A DNA stretch of 64,000 nt, from NCBI RefSeq assembly GCF_000143415.4, contig NW_003314261.1:2925266-2989265 (forward strand). Reading direction: 5' to 3'. Within the stretch, counting starts at the first letter, position 1, and each line of letters starts with the position of its first letter. The position numbers and the translations under genes are program-made. The notes beneath the pieces are model-generated. The model searched no databases and had not been told where the DNA came from. It saw only the letters and a program-made list of their open reading frames with translations. Source of the DNA: Selaginella moellendorffii. Taxonomy: Eukaryota > Plantae > Lycopodiophyta. This document shows, one piece after another, positions 21,100 through 31,128 of this stretch.

Positions 21100-22274
21100 A
21101 TGGGCAAGGCATACCAAGTGCTACTCCAGTGCCCATCGCCGCTACGCCGCTCTCAGGTAAGAAATGGCGACCGCTCTCTAGAAATGCCGATCGCGTCTCT
21201 TGCCCAGCTTTGCGTGGATTTCTCGCCGCTCTACGATCGAGAGCCACATCCAGATGCTAGCTTGGAAGCCAGCATTGACGACGTAAAATCAAAATTACAA
21301 TGCATTCTGTAATCGTTTGTTTCATCTTTTGCTGTTTAGATATGGGATCAACGTCGCTCTGCGAATCCATCTCTCTTCAATGCCACCAAATTCAGAGTAA
21401 TATCTCGAAGAAAACTCCCCTTTTTTCTCCTTTTGTAGTGATTTTGTTCTCTCTTTTTCTTTGTTGAACTGTGCAGTATGGCGGCTATGATCTATCCCCC
21501 GATTGTCAACAAATATGCCTTCGTCTCGGCCTGACAGACTACAAGTAAGCGTCTGAGATCGATCGTTTTCTTTTTTCGATAGATCTAAACTCTTCTTAAC
21601 TAGAACTTTTGTTGGGACGAACTTGTCACCGAAGTGGGAGAAATTCTTGTCGCCAAGTACTGGTAAGACTCGAGATTGTTATCCATTTAATACGGGATTC
21701 CCTCCCAGATGATGTTCTTCGATGCAAGCACACGTCCAGCCCCCTGGGAAATGGTGCAATTGTGGAAACACTAGACTCTCAGATCATTCTACTGCAGCGC
21801 AGCTCAAACGTAGGCGAATATCCTGGGCATTTGGTCTTTCCTGGTGGCCATTCAGAGGTACACATTATATTTTTTATGTATTCCCAAAGTTTAGAACGCT
21901 GCTTGCTAGCCTTCAGAGATTGGTATCCTTGGCCACTCGGATCACAGCAAAAAACTGAACAACAAGATCGCAGATGAGATGTTTGAGGGTATTGTCCGTG
22001 AAGTTTGTGAAGAGACTGGGATTCCTGCGTCGTCCCTGGTAGGAACAAACGGGATTACGTTTTTTTGTTCTCGAGTTCATATCTTTCGGGCGTGTTTTTG
22101 TGTGAAGAGCGAGGCGGAGCTGATTGGCATCTCTCGCAGGAGCGTGAATGTTCGTCCCACCGCATTCTTCTTCATGAAGTGCCGATTGACTTCAAGCGTA
22201 ATTTCAGAACATTACACCCGCGCAGCGGATTCTTTTGAGTCAACAAAGCTTTGCTTCGTGAACAGAGTGAGTAA

Positions 22275-22339
<65 letters not shown>

Positions 22340-22465
22340 ATGCTTGTCATTTTCTTATTAATCGTTCTAAACTTTCAGGAAGAACTCATCGACAAATCAA
22401 ATGAAATGCCTGGGTGTCATGAAGGTGGCGCAGTCATATTTACAAAGATTGATAATATGGTTTAA
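21100..22465 (+). CDS. NUDX9: Nudix hydrolase 9-like (NUDT22 family), multi-exon
   Basis: Spliced motifs SLFNATKFR, LRLGLTDYK, SSPLGNGAIVET, FPGGHSEP, Nudix-box REVCEETGIP and C-terminal MPGCHEGG. Confidence 0.9.
22279..22337. repeat. (TC)n microsatellite in the last NUDX9 intron
   Basis: About 29 TC units, directly visible. Confidence 0.97.
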
Positions 22466-22614
22466 CACAAATCATTTAATATTCATCCCATAATAATTTG
22501 AATATGCCAAGATTTCAAGCAATCATTCAGCTTCAATTATTTGGAATGTCAAAACTTTTTTCGTCGTATTATTATGCTCATAAAAATCGCTTTGGCAATG
22601 GCTGTACAGGCAAA

Positions 22615-23040
22615 ATGTTTCTTAGACTTGTCTTACTCTTATTTCTTGTTTCTAGATCTTATTCAGAGATCCCGTTCGTTAGCTGCTTCGCTCGAAGAAC
22701 ACCAAATACTGATCCTCGTAGCATGTGTAGAGCACAGGGACTTTGCTGGAGACAATTAGTAAGTAGCAATTTCCAGCGTGGACATTACCAGGGTCTAGAC
22801 GGTACCGCATACGTAGCAATCGAAATGTATCAAGCTAGAGGCTACCGTGTGACCTTGGACGATTTTAACAATGCTATCACCCAAATTTACAATATCTGCA
22901 TTGCTTACGGCTTCATGGGAGGCTATGCGCGTTTCTACGAAGGAGTACAACCATACATGCGTGTAGAATTTAGAAGTCCATTGGGAACTATTACTTTAAA
23001 CCAGGTGAAAATCAATGCACCTGTTTGTGATTTTACTTAG
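22615..23040 (+). CDS. Small secreted Cys-containing protein, copy 2 (141 aa, intronless)
   Basis: Hydrophobic signal peptide MFLRLVLLLFLVSRSYS and 5 Cys in the mature part. Coding conservation with copy 1. Confidence 0.8.
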   Translation: MFLRLVLLLFLVSRSYSEIPFVSCFARRTPNTDPRSMCRAQGLCWRQLVSSNFQRGHYQGLDGTAYVAIEMYQARGYRVTLDDFNNAITQIYNICIAYGFMGGYARFYEGVQPYMRVEFRSPLGTITLNQVKINAPVCDFT

Positions 23041-23395
23041 ATAGTAAGAATAATAAGAACATCAGGAATATTTTCTTCTCAAGATTACCTGATGAAGCGA
23101 TTATACAGGTAACTTTCTTTACCAGACACGTGGCGTTGGATTGAACCTCCAGCGCGGCCTGGTATATTCATGCCCGGAGAATATTCCTTGCCTGGGACAT
23201 AGATATTCGTGTCCAAAGCTATGTGTAGCCGTGTCGCAGTGGAGCGCCGCCGCAGCCACAGGAGAATTCAACACACAGGTGCTGGAAACGAGTTCCCATT
23301 CCATTGGGTCTTCTCGCAGCTCGAATTTTAGGACATTTGTTTCCGCCACCGCTGGAAAAATTGAAGCTTTTTTGCTCGATCTGCTCGATCTCGTC

Positions 23396-23844
23396 ATGGC
23401 GATGTCAATGAAGCGGCCAATGCTCGGCAATCGATCGGTAAGACCCAATTCCAGGGAAACAATGATTCTCATAGCGAATCTTTCCAGACCAAGCTCGTCC
23501 AACCGGTTTGCAAGCGGCGAGACAGAGCCGATACGAACTCTCACCACTACAGGGTCACTCTTGTCACTCCACCTCCCAAAAACTTGGGAATACACTGCCT
23601 TCCATCGGTAAGCAAGAAAGCACAAAGCTTCCACTTAAGAAAAAAAACGATTTTTTCCTCCCAGAACACCCAATGTGGTGAGACAGTCACAGTTAGTGGA
23701 GAGTCCTACATTGTCTCGGGCGTCGTCTACCAATACCAGCTCAAGAAAGGAAGGTATGCTCCAAGCGCGAAGAAGCTCGAAGTTCAGCCGACTGGACGAT
23801 ACATTCTCAACATGTATCTCGACAGTCTTCTCCCGGATTCCTGA
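23396..23844 (+). CDS. Conserved small green-lineage protein of unknown function, probably plastid-targeted (3 exons)
   Basis: Two short GT-AG introns give MAMSMKRPMLGNRS/TKLVQPVCKRR...VTPPPKNLGIHCLPS/NTQCGETV...YQYQLKKGRY...GRYILNMYLDSLL. Confidence 0.7.
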
Positions 23845-23986
23845 AAAAAAAAACAGTGGACCACTGCCAAGAACAGTTTTGGTTTCCTTGAATCGGATCG
23901 TTTCAACGCTTTGAATCCCCTGGAAACAAAGATTAAAGAACTCCTATCCTATCTAGCGCTGAGAGAAAACAAAGATAAACTTACGC

Positions 23987-25463
23987 TTATTCATCGTCTT
24001 CGTCTTCGTCATCTTGATCGTCGTCCTCATCTTCGTCTTCCTCATCTTCGTCAATCCTCTCGTCCTCGTTCTCCTCGTCCTTGTCATCGCTTGGCTCGCT
24101 CTGCGCGTCCCTCTCTTCGCTCAGTGTGATCTCCACCTGTTTCATCGTCCTCTGGAGCTTGAGCAGGCCGTCGGCAAACTTCCATCCCTTGGACTTGTCC
24201 TTGACGCAAATCGACAGCTTTTCCAGCAACGCACATCTCCTGACCAGATTGTTGAGTACTTCCAGGCTCTTCTCGTCCACCCACGGCATATGAATAACAA
24301 TTCTCTTTAGTGGAAGCTCCGGCAGCTCCTCCATTCTACAGCACCTCAAACACTGCATAATCACAAAGAAAACACTGTAAAAAACAAGCTTTTGTAAAAG
24401 AAAGACATGGAAGAACCTTGAAGAGATCTCCGCCAATCTCAAGCCCACTCCAGTTGGCCATGCAGCCGAAAAACTTTAACGGAGCAACCTTCTCGATCTT
24501 GTTCAATGCAGCAGGAATAGCGACCGACTTGATCGCAGTTTTCTCGAGGCCACCAATCGCAGCAGCCACGTCCGGCAGCGTCCATTCCCCCTCCTCGCTT
24601 GATTCTAGCACCAGCTTCTCTAAACTAGATCCCCTTGGAAGCCCAATCACGCAGGGAGACCGCACTACAATCTTCCCCACTCCACTGGCCTTGACGACGA
24701 GCTTCGTCACCCACTTGACGCAGATCACCTCCACCTTGGGATCCTTCTCCCCTCTCGCAGACAGCGTGAAGACGGTGAGCGCCTCCTGGAAGCTGAGAAA
24801 GATGGTGGTGAGCTCCGTGTGCCTAATGTAAGGCGACCCGAGCCCCGTGCAGTCGCAAATGTCGAGATAATTTAGAACCGGGCAGAGCTCCATGATGCCT
24901 TCGAGTGCCTCGTCTGTGATACACACGTCGTTGAGGGTGAAAGACGTGAGTCTCTTGAGCGGCGTGGCTTCGCCAGGCACGCGATCGATATGGTAGTATG
25001 AGAGAGATACCTCCTTGAGAAGCTGGCACTTGAAGATCTCGAGAAGCTTGTTGCCCATCTGCACGAATCCCTCCCCGTCCTCCTCGAGAGTGAGGCACTC
25101 GAGCGTGGAATTCACCGCTCGCAGCCACATGCACACCGCCCCGACCCCAAACTCGGGCCCTGTGATGTGGAGATCCTGGACTCCACACGTCGTGGCGCCG
25201 ATCGTCCGCCCTATGAAGGATTCCAGCAGCGGCACGCGCTTGGCGTCCTTCTTTACCTTCTTCACCAGATCGGCGCAGGAGAAATCCAGGTAGTCGACGC
25301 CCCGGAAGAGCATCCGCCAGCGGCGACAGACGAGGCGGCAGGGCGCGATCTTGTGGAGCGGCCCGATCTCGCCGAAAATGCGGCAGACGAGCGCGTCGGG
25401 GAGAGCTTGGAAGTAGTCCTTTGCGGGCGCCATCACGGCCTCCCTGCTCGCGTTCCCTCTCAT
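23987..25463 (-). CDS. F-box/LRR-repeat protein with an acidic C-terminal tail (2 exons)
   Basis: F-box motif LPDALVCRIF...CRLVCRRWR and LRR-like repeats (ITDEALEGIMELCPVLNYLDICDC). Intron at ~24339-24416; D/E-rich end. Confidence 0.88.
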
Positions 25464-25615
25464 ACCCTAGGAGGCATCAAAAAAGCCCTAGTCGAGAGAG
25501 GAGAGAGAAGAAATGGTGTTACTGACTGACTGACGGAACAAAGCTCATCACGCGAATTAGGATTCTGCTAGGTCTACTGCCAGAATATCCGTCGTTAAAA
25601 GCATATTCGTCGTCT

Positions 25616-26470
25616 TCATTCTTTCACTTTGTTGGAGGCCCACACAGCGACTTGCTCGTCACTCCTATACAGCACCAAATTCCTATCGTTTTGGAGCACT
25701 AGGACCGACGAGACCAGCTCGCCCGAGACGACCCCGCTATCGATAGTCCACAAACACACGCTCTCGTTCTCAAACACCACTCTTCCATCTACCCTCACTC
25801 GCAAGTAGCAATTTCGATTGGCGCCAATCGAGATTAGAGGCCTCCACACCACGATGTTCCCTTCCATGAGCTCTTTGCAATCAAAGCCCAGCACCAATAG
25901 CCCATTGCGAGAGACGAGATAGGATCCCGGCGTGAGCCTGGAGTAGCTCCTCGCCTTTGGGCCGCTCTGGATCATGTTCGAGTAGGGATAGCATGCCTGG
26001 CCGCCATGGACGATCACTGGAGCCCCCTCTCTTGCCACCTCTAACTCCTCGTTGGCCTCCTTGAGAGCGTACTCCATTCCAAATCTCCCATCGATTGCGG
26101 TGATGTAGCTGTAGCCCCATTCGATCAAAGCGTCGGAGACAACGTCGTGGAGATCATGGAAGGCGCGGACGAGCTCGAATCCCTGCATTGCGTCGGCGTC
26201 AGGGTTACCAGCCGTGGCATCGCAGCCGGCAGTGAAGAACCAGAGGCGGAGGAAGCACTCCTGGCCGTTTACTATCACGGTGTCCGAGAAGGACCGGGGC
26301 ATATGGCGGCCAAGGTTGATTGTGTTGACGAGCGTAGCCAGGCCACTCACAACAACGATGCGAAAGCTGGGAACGATTCTGCGAGGGATGCCCTTGTCGA
26401 AGATGTCCACGGCTTTGCTCCTCGTAGAAAGATAAATGGTGATGGCTGTCATCAGCACAAATCGATCCAT
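25616..26470 (-). CDS. Secreted protein: unknown N-terminal domain plus bulb-type (B/GNA) lectin domain, copy 1
   Basis: Signal-like N-terminus. The C-terminal B-lectin has YLVSRNG and an intact QxDxNxVxY motif (QNDRNLVLY), then VWASN. Small in-frame deletions relative to copy 2. Confidence 0.82.
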   Translation of the reverse strand: MDRFVLMTAITIYLSTRSKAVDIFDKGIPRRIVPSFRIVVVSGLATLVNTINLGRHMPRSFSDTVIVNGQECFLRLWFFTAGCDATAGNPDADAMQGFELVRAFHDLHDVVSDALIEWGYSYITAIDGRFGMEYALKEANEELEVAREGAPVIVHGGQACYPYSNMIQSGPKARSYSRLTPGSYLVSRNGLLVLGFDCKELMEGNIVVWRPLISIGANRNCYLRVRVDGRVVFENESVCLWTIDSGVVSGELVSSVLVLQNDRNLVLYRSDEQVAVWASNKVKE

Positions 26471-26714
26471 TAGGGAATTCAATGGTCGAGCTTTCCTATG
26501 CAAATTCTTTCTTATATTGCATTCTGACGCGTCAATCTTCTAGAACAGACAAATCAAGGGCCAGAAGGTCATTCTAAGGACAAATTTCTAGTGGAAATTT
26601 TGCCACTAATAATATAGATTTGCTTTGTGCCCTTACAATACTGCATTGTTCACCTCACTAACTTCTAATCTTCATTTCTTCATTGGTAGCCGCTGTAAAG
26701 CTGTGACCAATGGA

Positions 26715-27250
26715 ATAGAAAAATCAGCATTCGCAAGCAAAGTCTGTCCACATCCAGGAGGCCCAAAGAACAAAGACTCCTGTGGACGGCGACATCCCGA
26801 ACTTCTCAAACTTCTCAACTGGAAATTGCACAGTGGCACAAATTCCAGCCCAACGGCGTCCAGCTACTAACAAACACTCAACTCTTGAAGCTCCCTCTTG
26901 ACGTTCTCAAGGCCATCAATGTAACAATAGGCACTTCAGCCACCTAAAAGGAAAACATTATTTCAAGTCAAGTGCAGAAGGGTTGCTCGTTCCCAAAGCT
27001 GTCTGCTCGTTCGTTATAGCCATCGAGCTGAGAACTTCGGCATCCATAGTCTCGTCTCAAGGTCAATCACGTCCATCTTTTCGTATCGACTTGGTGCATA
27101 GGGCAGCAAGGCCCGGGCCAAACGAAGCCGTGCGTATTTTCTCCAAATCCACCTGCAGAAGCAAATGCGAGTTCAGTAGCTAATACATTTCATACATCTT
27201 CCGCGAGCTTCATGAGCCCTCAGCCTCGACTAGGGTTACTTCCAGACCGC
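26715..27250 (-). pseudogene. CDC48: CDC48/p97 AAA-ATPase gene fragment
   Basis: The minus strand gives broken but recognisable peptides MKLAEDV, VDLEKI, EKMDVIDLE, MDAEVLSSMAITNE, TALGTSNPSAL, GLENVKRELQE, EKFEKFGMSPS and FFGPPGCGQTLLA. Frameshifts are present and introns are retained. Confidence 0.85.
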
Positions 27251-27366
27251 TTTTTCGGAGAGATCGCTCCACAAGATCATCCGAACAAAATTACCGTAAA
27301 CTTGAAGATCCATCCAGAGACCTAGATCGCGCATAATTACCGTAAATTTGAAGATTATCAGAAGCC

Positions 27367-28239
27367 TTAGATTTTCCATTCTTTCACTGTGTTGGATGCC
27401 CACACAGCGACTTGCTCGTCACTCCTATACAGCACCAAATTCCTATCGTTTTGGAGCACTAGGACCGACGAGACCAGCTCGCCCGAGACGACCCCGCTAT
27501 CGATGGTCCACAAACACACGCTCTCGTTCTCAAACACCACTCTTCCATCTAGCCTCACTCGCAAGTAGCAATTTCGATTGGCGCCAATCGAGATTAGAGG
27601 CCTCCACACCACGATGTTCCCTTCCATGAGCTCCAGGTTGCAATCAAAGCCCAGCACCAGCATGTATAGCCCATTGCGAGAGACGAGATAGGATCCCGGC
27701 GTGAGCCTGGAGTAGCGCCTCGCCTTTGGGCCGCTCTGGATCATGTTCGAGTAGGGATAGCATGCCTGGCCGCCATGGACGATCACTGGAGCCCCCTCCC
27801 CTGCCACCTCCAACTCCTCGTTGGCCTCCTTGAGAGCGTACTCCATTCCAAATCGCCCATCGATTGCGGTGATGTAGCTGTAGCCCCACTGGATCACAGC
27901 GTCGCCCACAACATCGTGGAGATCACGGAAGGCGCTGATAAGCTGGAATCCCTGCATTGCGTCGGCGTTGGGGTTACCAGGCGTGGCATCGCAGCCGGCG
28001 GTGAAGAACCAGAGGCGGAGGAAGCACTCCTGGCCGTCTACTGTCACGGTGTCCGAGAAGGATCGGGGCATATGGAGGCCATGGCTGATTGTGTTGACGA
28101 GCGTGGCCAGGCCGCTAAGAACAACAGTGCGAAAGTTGGGACCGATTTTGCGAGGGATGCCCTTGTCGAAGATGTCCACGGCTTTGCCCCTCGTAGAAAG
28201 ATAAATGGTGATGGTTGTCATCAGCAAAAGCCGATCCAT
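27367..28239 (-). CDS. Secreted protein: unknown N-terminal domain plus B-lectin domain, copy 2
   Basis: Intronless 290-aa ORF, tandem paralog of 25616-26470, with the same lectin motifs. Confidence 0.85.
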   Translation of the reverse strand: MDRLLLMTTITIYLSTRGKAVDIFDKGIPRKIGPNFRTVVLSGLATLVNTISHGLHMPRSFSDTVTVDGQECFLRLWFFTAGCDATPGNPNADAMQGFQLISAFRDLHDVVGDAVIQWGYSYITAIDGRFGMEYALKEANEELEVAGEGAPVIVHGGQACYPYSNMIQSGPKARRYSRLTPGSYLVSRNGLYMLVLGFDCNLELMEGNIVVWRPLISIGANRNCYLRVRLDGRVVFENESVCLWTIDSGVVSGELVSSVLVLQNDRNLVLYRSDEQVAVWASNTVKEWKI

Positions 28240-28733
28240 TATAGATTCACGGCCTTGGGCTTTTCTACGCCATTATATTGCATTCTGATATGCGTAACTC
28301 TTCTATATGAGACAAGCCCAGGTCCAGAAAGTCATCCTATGACAAAGTTTTGTAGAACTTTTCCAATATGCAAGACAACTATAGATTGTTTTTGTAAATT
28401 ACATTACACTTTAATTTCCACAAAATGAAACGTACTTTGGGTGATCTATAAATATTTAGACATGCAAACTAGTTTTCCCACCAGCTTCTAGTAAGATTCT
28501 TGCCCCAATAAGATTCCAGTAAAGATAAAGATAAGCTCACTTCAAGCATAGCTTTGTGGCAAACAGACCACCTTTCTTCTTTGTCTATCACTATGGCTGT
28601 GGAAAAGGTTAGAGCCTGGGAAGACGACAGGAGTGCAAACTTGTCAATAGATTTGTCTTTGCATCGTCCGCCAAACCTTTCAGATAAAAAACCATACCAA
28701 TCCATTTAACGAGTCAATATGCTTGGAAGCGCC

Positions 28734-29431
28734 ATGACGAGTTTAATTGCCACCATTTTCTTCGTCGCAGGGACTGTCCACCCCTAATCGACACCGGACT
28801 TCTTAACTGGGTGATCGCGGGCCTGGCCACCCTGATCAACAGCATCCCACTCACCACCTTTTCACCTCGATCATTCTCCTCCACCATTACCGTCGGTTCA
28901 ATACTGAATGCGATCCTGACCCCGACGAAGACCAGGCTTCATGCTCATCCAAGCCTTTGAAGCTCTCACCGAGTACGTCAAGCACGCCTTGCACCAGTCC
29001 CGCTTCAGCTGCTACACCATCGTCGACGGGCGATTTGGAGTCGAGTACATGCTGAGCGCTGGGCCTGCTGTGGACTCTGCTGGCGATCGTTACGGGAAGG
29101 TCGGGTTCCTCAAGGTCCATGCGCTACTCCAAACTCATGCCGGTCATCTCTCGCTTCTCGCAATGGGCTCTACAAGCTGGAGCTGGGAGATGCCTGTGAT
29201 CTGAAGCTCCGGGAGGGGAGTCTTCGTTGGTGACGCCAAAGGTTGCTACTTGTTGATGCAGTTGGACGGAAATGCGGTGTTGGAGAACGAGAGCTTCCGT
29301 GTGTGGGCGACCAATACAGCAGTGCCGGGAAAGCAGGTTTCATCGATTCTAGTTCTCCAAAATGATAGGAATCTGGTGATGTATAGGAGCGACCAACAGA
29401 TCGCTGTGTGGGCCTCAACACTGTAAAATGA
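28734..29431 (+). pseudogene. Third, inverted and frameshifted paralog of the B-lectin fusion gene
   Basis: LIQAFEALTEYVKHAL...YTIVDGRFGVEYML aligns with LISAFRDLHDVVGDAV...ITAIDGRFGMEYAL. The 3' end encodes LVLQNDRNLVMYRSDQQIAVWAS. Stops and frameshifts are present. Confidence 0.8.
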
Positions 29432-29466
29432 TGAGAATAAAAGATTTTAGTCCATGTAAGTGATCG

Positions 29467-31068
29467 ATGCAAGCACGAACCAAGTTGCTGTTCTTCGTCA
29501 AAGTTCCAGTCCGGTGGTATACGGCGAAGCACGTCGATCACGCTTTGGAAACAGCTCTAAATTCAGTGTTGGAGCACACCAAAGAAGCTTATCTTCCTCT
29601 GCTGCGCGCCTGTGACAAACTCTCGAGCCTGAGGAAGATCCACCAGCAGATGATCCAGAAGAAAGTCTTGGTTGACAAGCTGCTCAAGAACGTCCTGATT
29701 GACATGTATGGCAAGTGTGGCGGCTTGGACGAGTCCCGAGCAGTGTTCCAGTCGATACAAGACCGCGACGGACCCAACGTTTTCTCGTGGACAGTGTTGA
29801 TCTCAGCTTATGCCCGGAACGGGCATAACAACGTAGCTCTAGATCTCTTCCACCGCATGGAGCTGGCTGGAGTTCGAGCGAGCGAAGCCACTCTAGTCAT
29901 CGCTGTCGGAATTTGCAGCAAGCTTGGAGCTCCTCACGGCCTACGAATCGGGAAGAGACTCCACCAGCGAATCGAGGCCCAAGTCTCGATGAACTTGATG
30001 ACTGCTCTCCTTGATATGTACTCGAAGTGTGGGTGTCAGGGAGAAGCCAGAGAAATCTTCCAGAGTTTCCAGACTACCGACAGTGTGTGGTGGACTGCGA
30101 TGATGGATGCGTTGGTTCGATGCGGTGATCCCAGTGGGGCGCTAAACTTGCGACGTCGAATGGCCATCGAAGGCATTCCAGCAAACACTGTCACCTTTGT
30201 TGTCGCACTCACTGCCTGTTCTTGCTGTTCTTGCGGCTCCTTGTCCCGAAAGGTGGCGAGCCAGATCCACGACGAAATCTCTTCCCGGGGCCTGGACTCC
30301 AATCCCGTGCTGGCCTCTGCACTCGTCAGCGTCTATGGCAAGCATGACAACTTCCAAAAGTCTTGGAAAGTTTTCCAGGATATTGGGAGCTCGAGAAGGA
30401 GCTTGTCATGCTGGAACTCGATGGTGCTCACTTGCGCTCGGCATGGCTTCCACGAGAGAGTTCTCGATCTGTACTCCCAGATGTCGGTGGAGGGATCGGT
30501 CGTCCCAGACGAGATAACTTTCAGCATCGTCTTGAGCTGCTGCCAGAGAATCGAAGATGGCGAAAAGATCCTCTCGGAGGCCGCGGCTGCCGCTTGCGAC
30601 CAATTCGATCAAGTGAGGAGCGCTGCCATCGATTTCTATGCCCGCATTGGCGATTTGGGGAGCTCCAAGCATGTATTCGAGAAAGACTCCCACTGTCGGA
30701 GCCTGAGCTGCTGGAATGCCCTGATTGGGGCATACTCACATCACGGCTATGGCCGCCAATCCCTCGATCTCGTGCTGAGGATGAAAATCGAGGGAGTCAT
30801 GCCGGATCAACTGACCTTCATGTCGGCAATGTTTGCCTCGAGCCACACGGGACTGGTGGAACGAGGCCTGGAATGCTTCCTGGAGATGGAGGCCGAGCAT
30901 GGGATTGTCCCAAGCCCCGAGCACTGCCGCTGCTTGATTGATCTCCTGGGCCGCGCCGGCCAGATCGAGGGGGCGGAAGCGATGCTTGAGGAGGATCCGT
31001 GTGAGATGGAGTGGAGTATTCTCGTGGGCGCCCGCAAGAACCTGGCCGACGAAGAAGCCCTAACCTAG
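29467..31068 (+). CDS. PLS-class pentatricopeptide repeat protein (no DYW domain)
   Basis: Repeated LIDMYGKCG / SWTVLISAYARNG / WNALIGAYSHHG motifs and terminal HCRCLIDLLGRAG; intronless. Confidence 0.93.
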   Translation: MQARTKLLFFVKVPVRWYTAKHVDHALETALNSVLEHTKEAYLPLLRACDKLSSLRKIHQQMIQKKVLVDKLLKNVLIDMYGKCGGLDESRAVFQSIQDRDGPNVFSWTVLISAYARNGHNNVALDLFHRMELAGVRASEATLVIAVGICSKLGAPHGLRIGKRLHQRIEAQVSMNLMTALLDMYSKCGCQGEAREIFQSFQTTDSVWWTAMMDALVRCGDPSGALNLRRRMAIEGIPANTVTFVVALTACSCCSCGSLSRKVASQIHDEISSRGLDSNPVLASALVSVYGKHDNFQKSWKVFQDIGSSRRSLSCWNSMVLTCARHGFHERVLDLYSQMSVEGSVVPDEITFSIVLSCCQRIEDGEKILSEAAAAACDQFDQVRSAAIDFYARIGDLGSSKHVFEKDSHCRSLSCWNALIGAYSHHGYGRQSLDLVLRMKIEGVMPDQLTFMSAMFASSHTGLVERGLECFLEMEAEHGIVPSPEHCRCLIDLLGRAGQIEGAEAMLEEDPCEMEWSILVGARKNLADEEALT

Positions 31069-31128
31069 GTACCCTAAAACGCGGAAAAAAGATACGAATA
31101 TTCACATATGAAAACCTTACAAGGAAAG

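Noticed and set aside
23119-23634. 171-aa minus-strand ORF and 156-aa plus-strand ORF
   Set aside because: They overlap the spliced gene at 23396-23844, on the opposite strand or largely out of frame, and have no recognisable domain.
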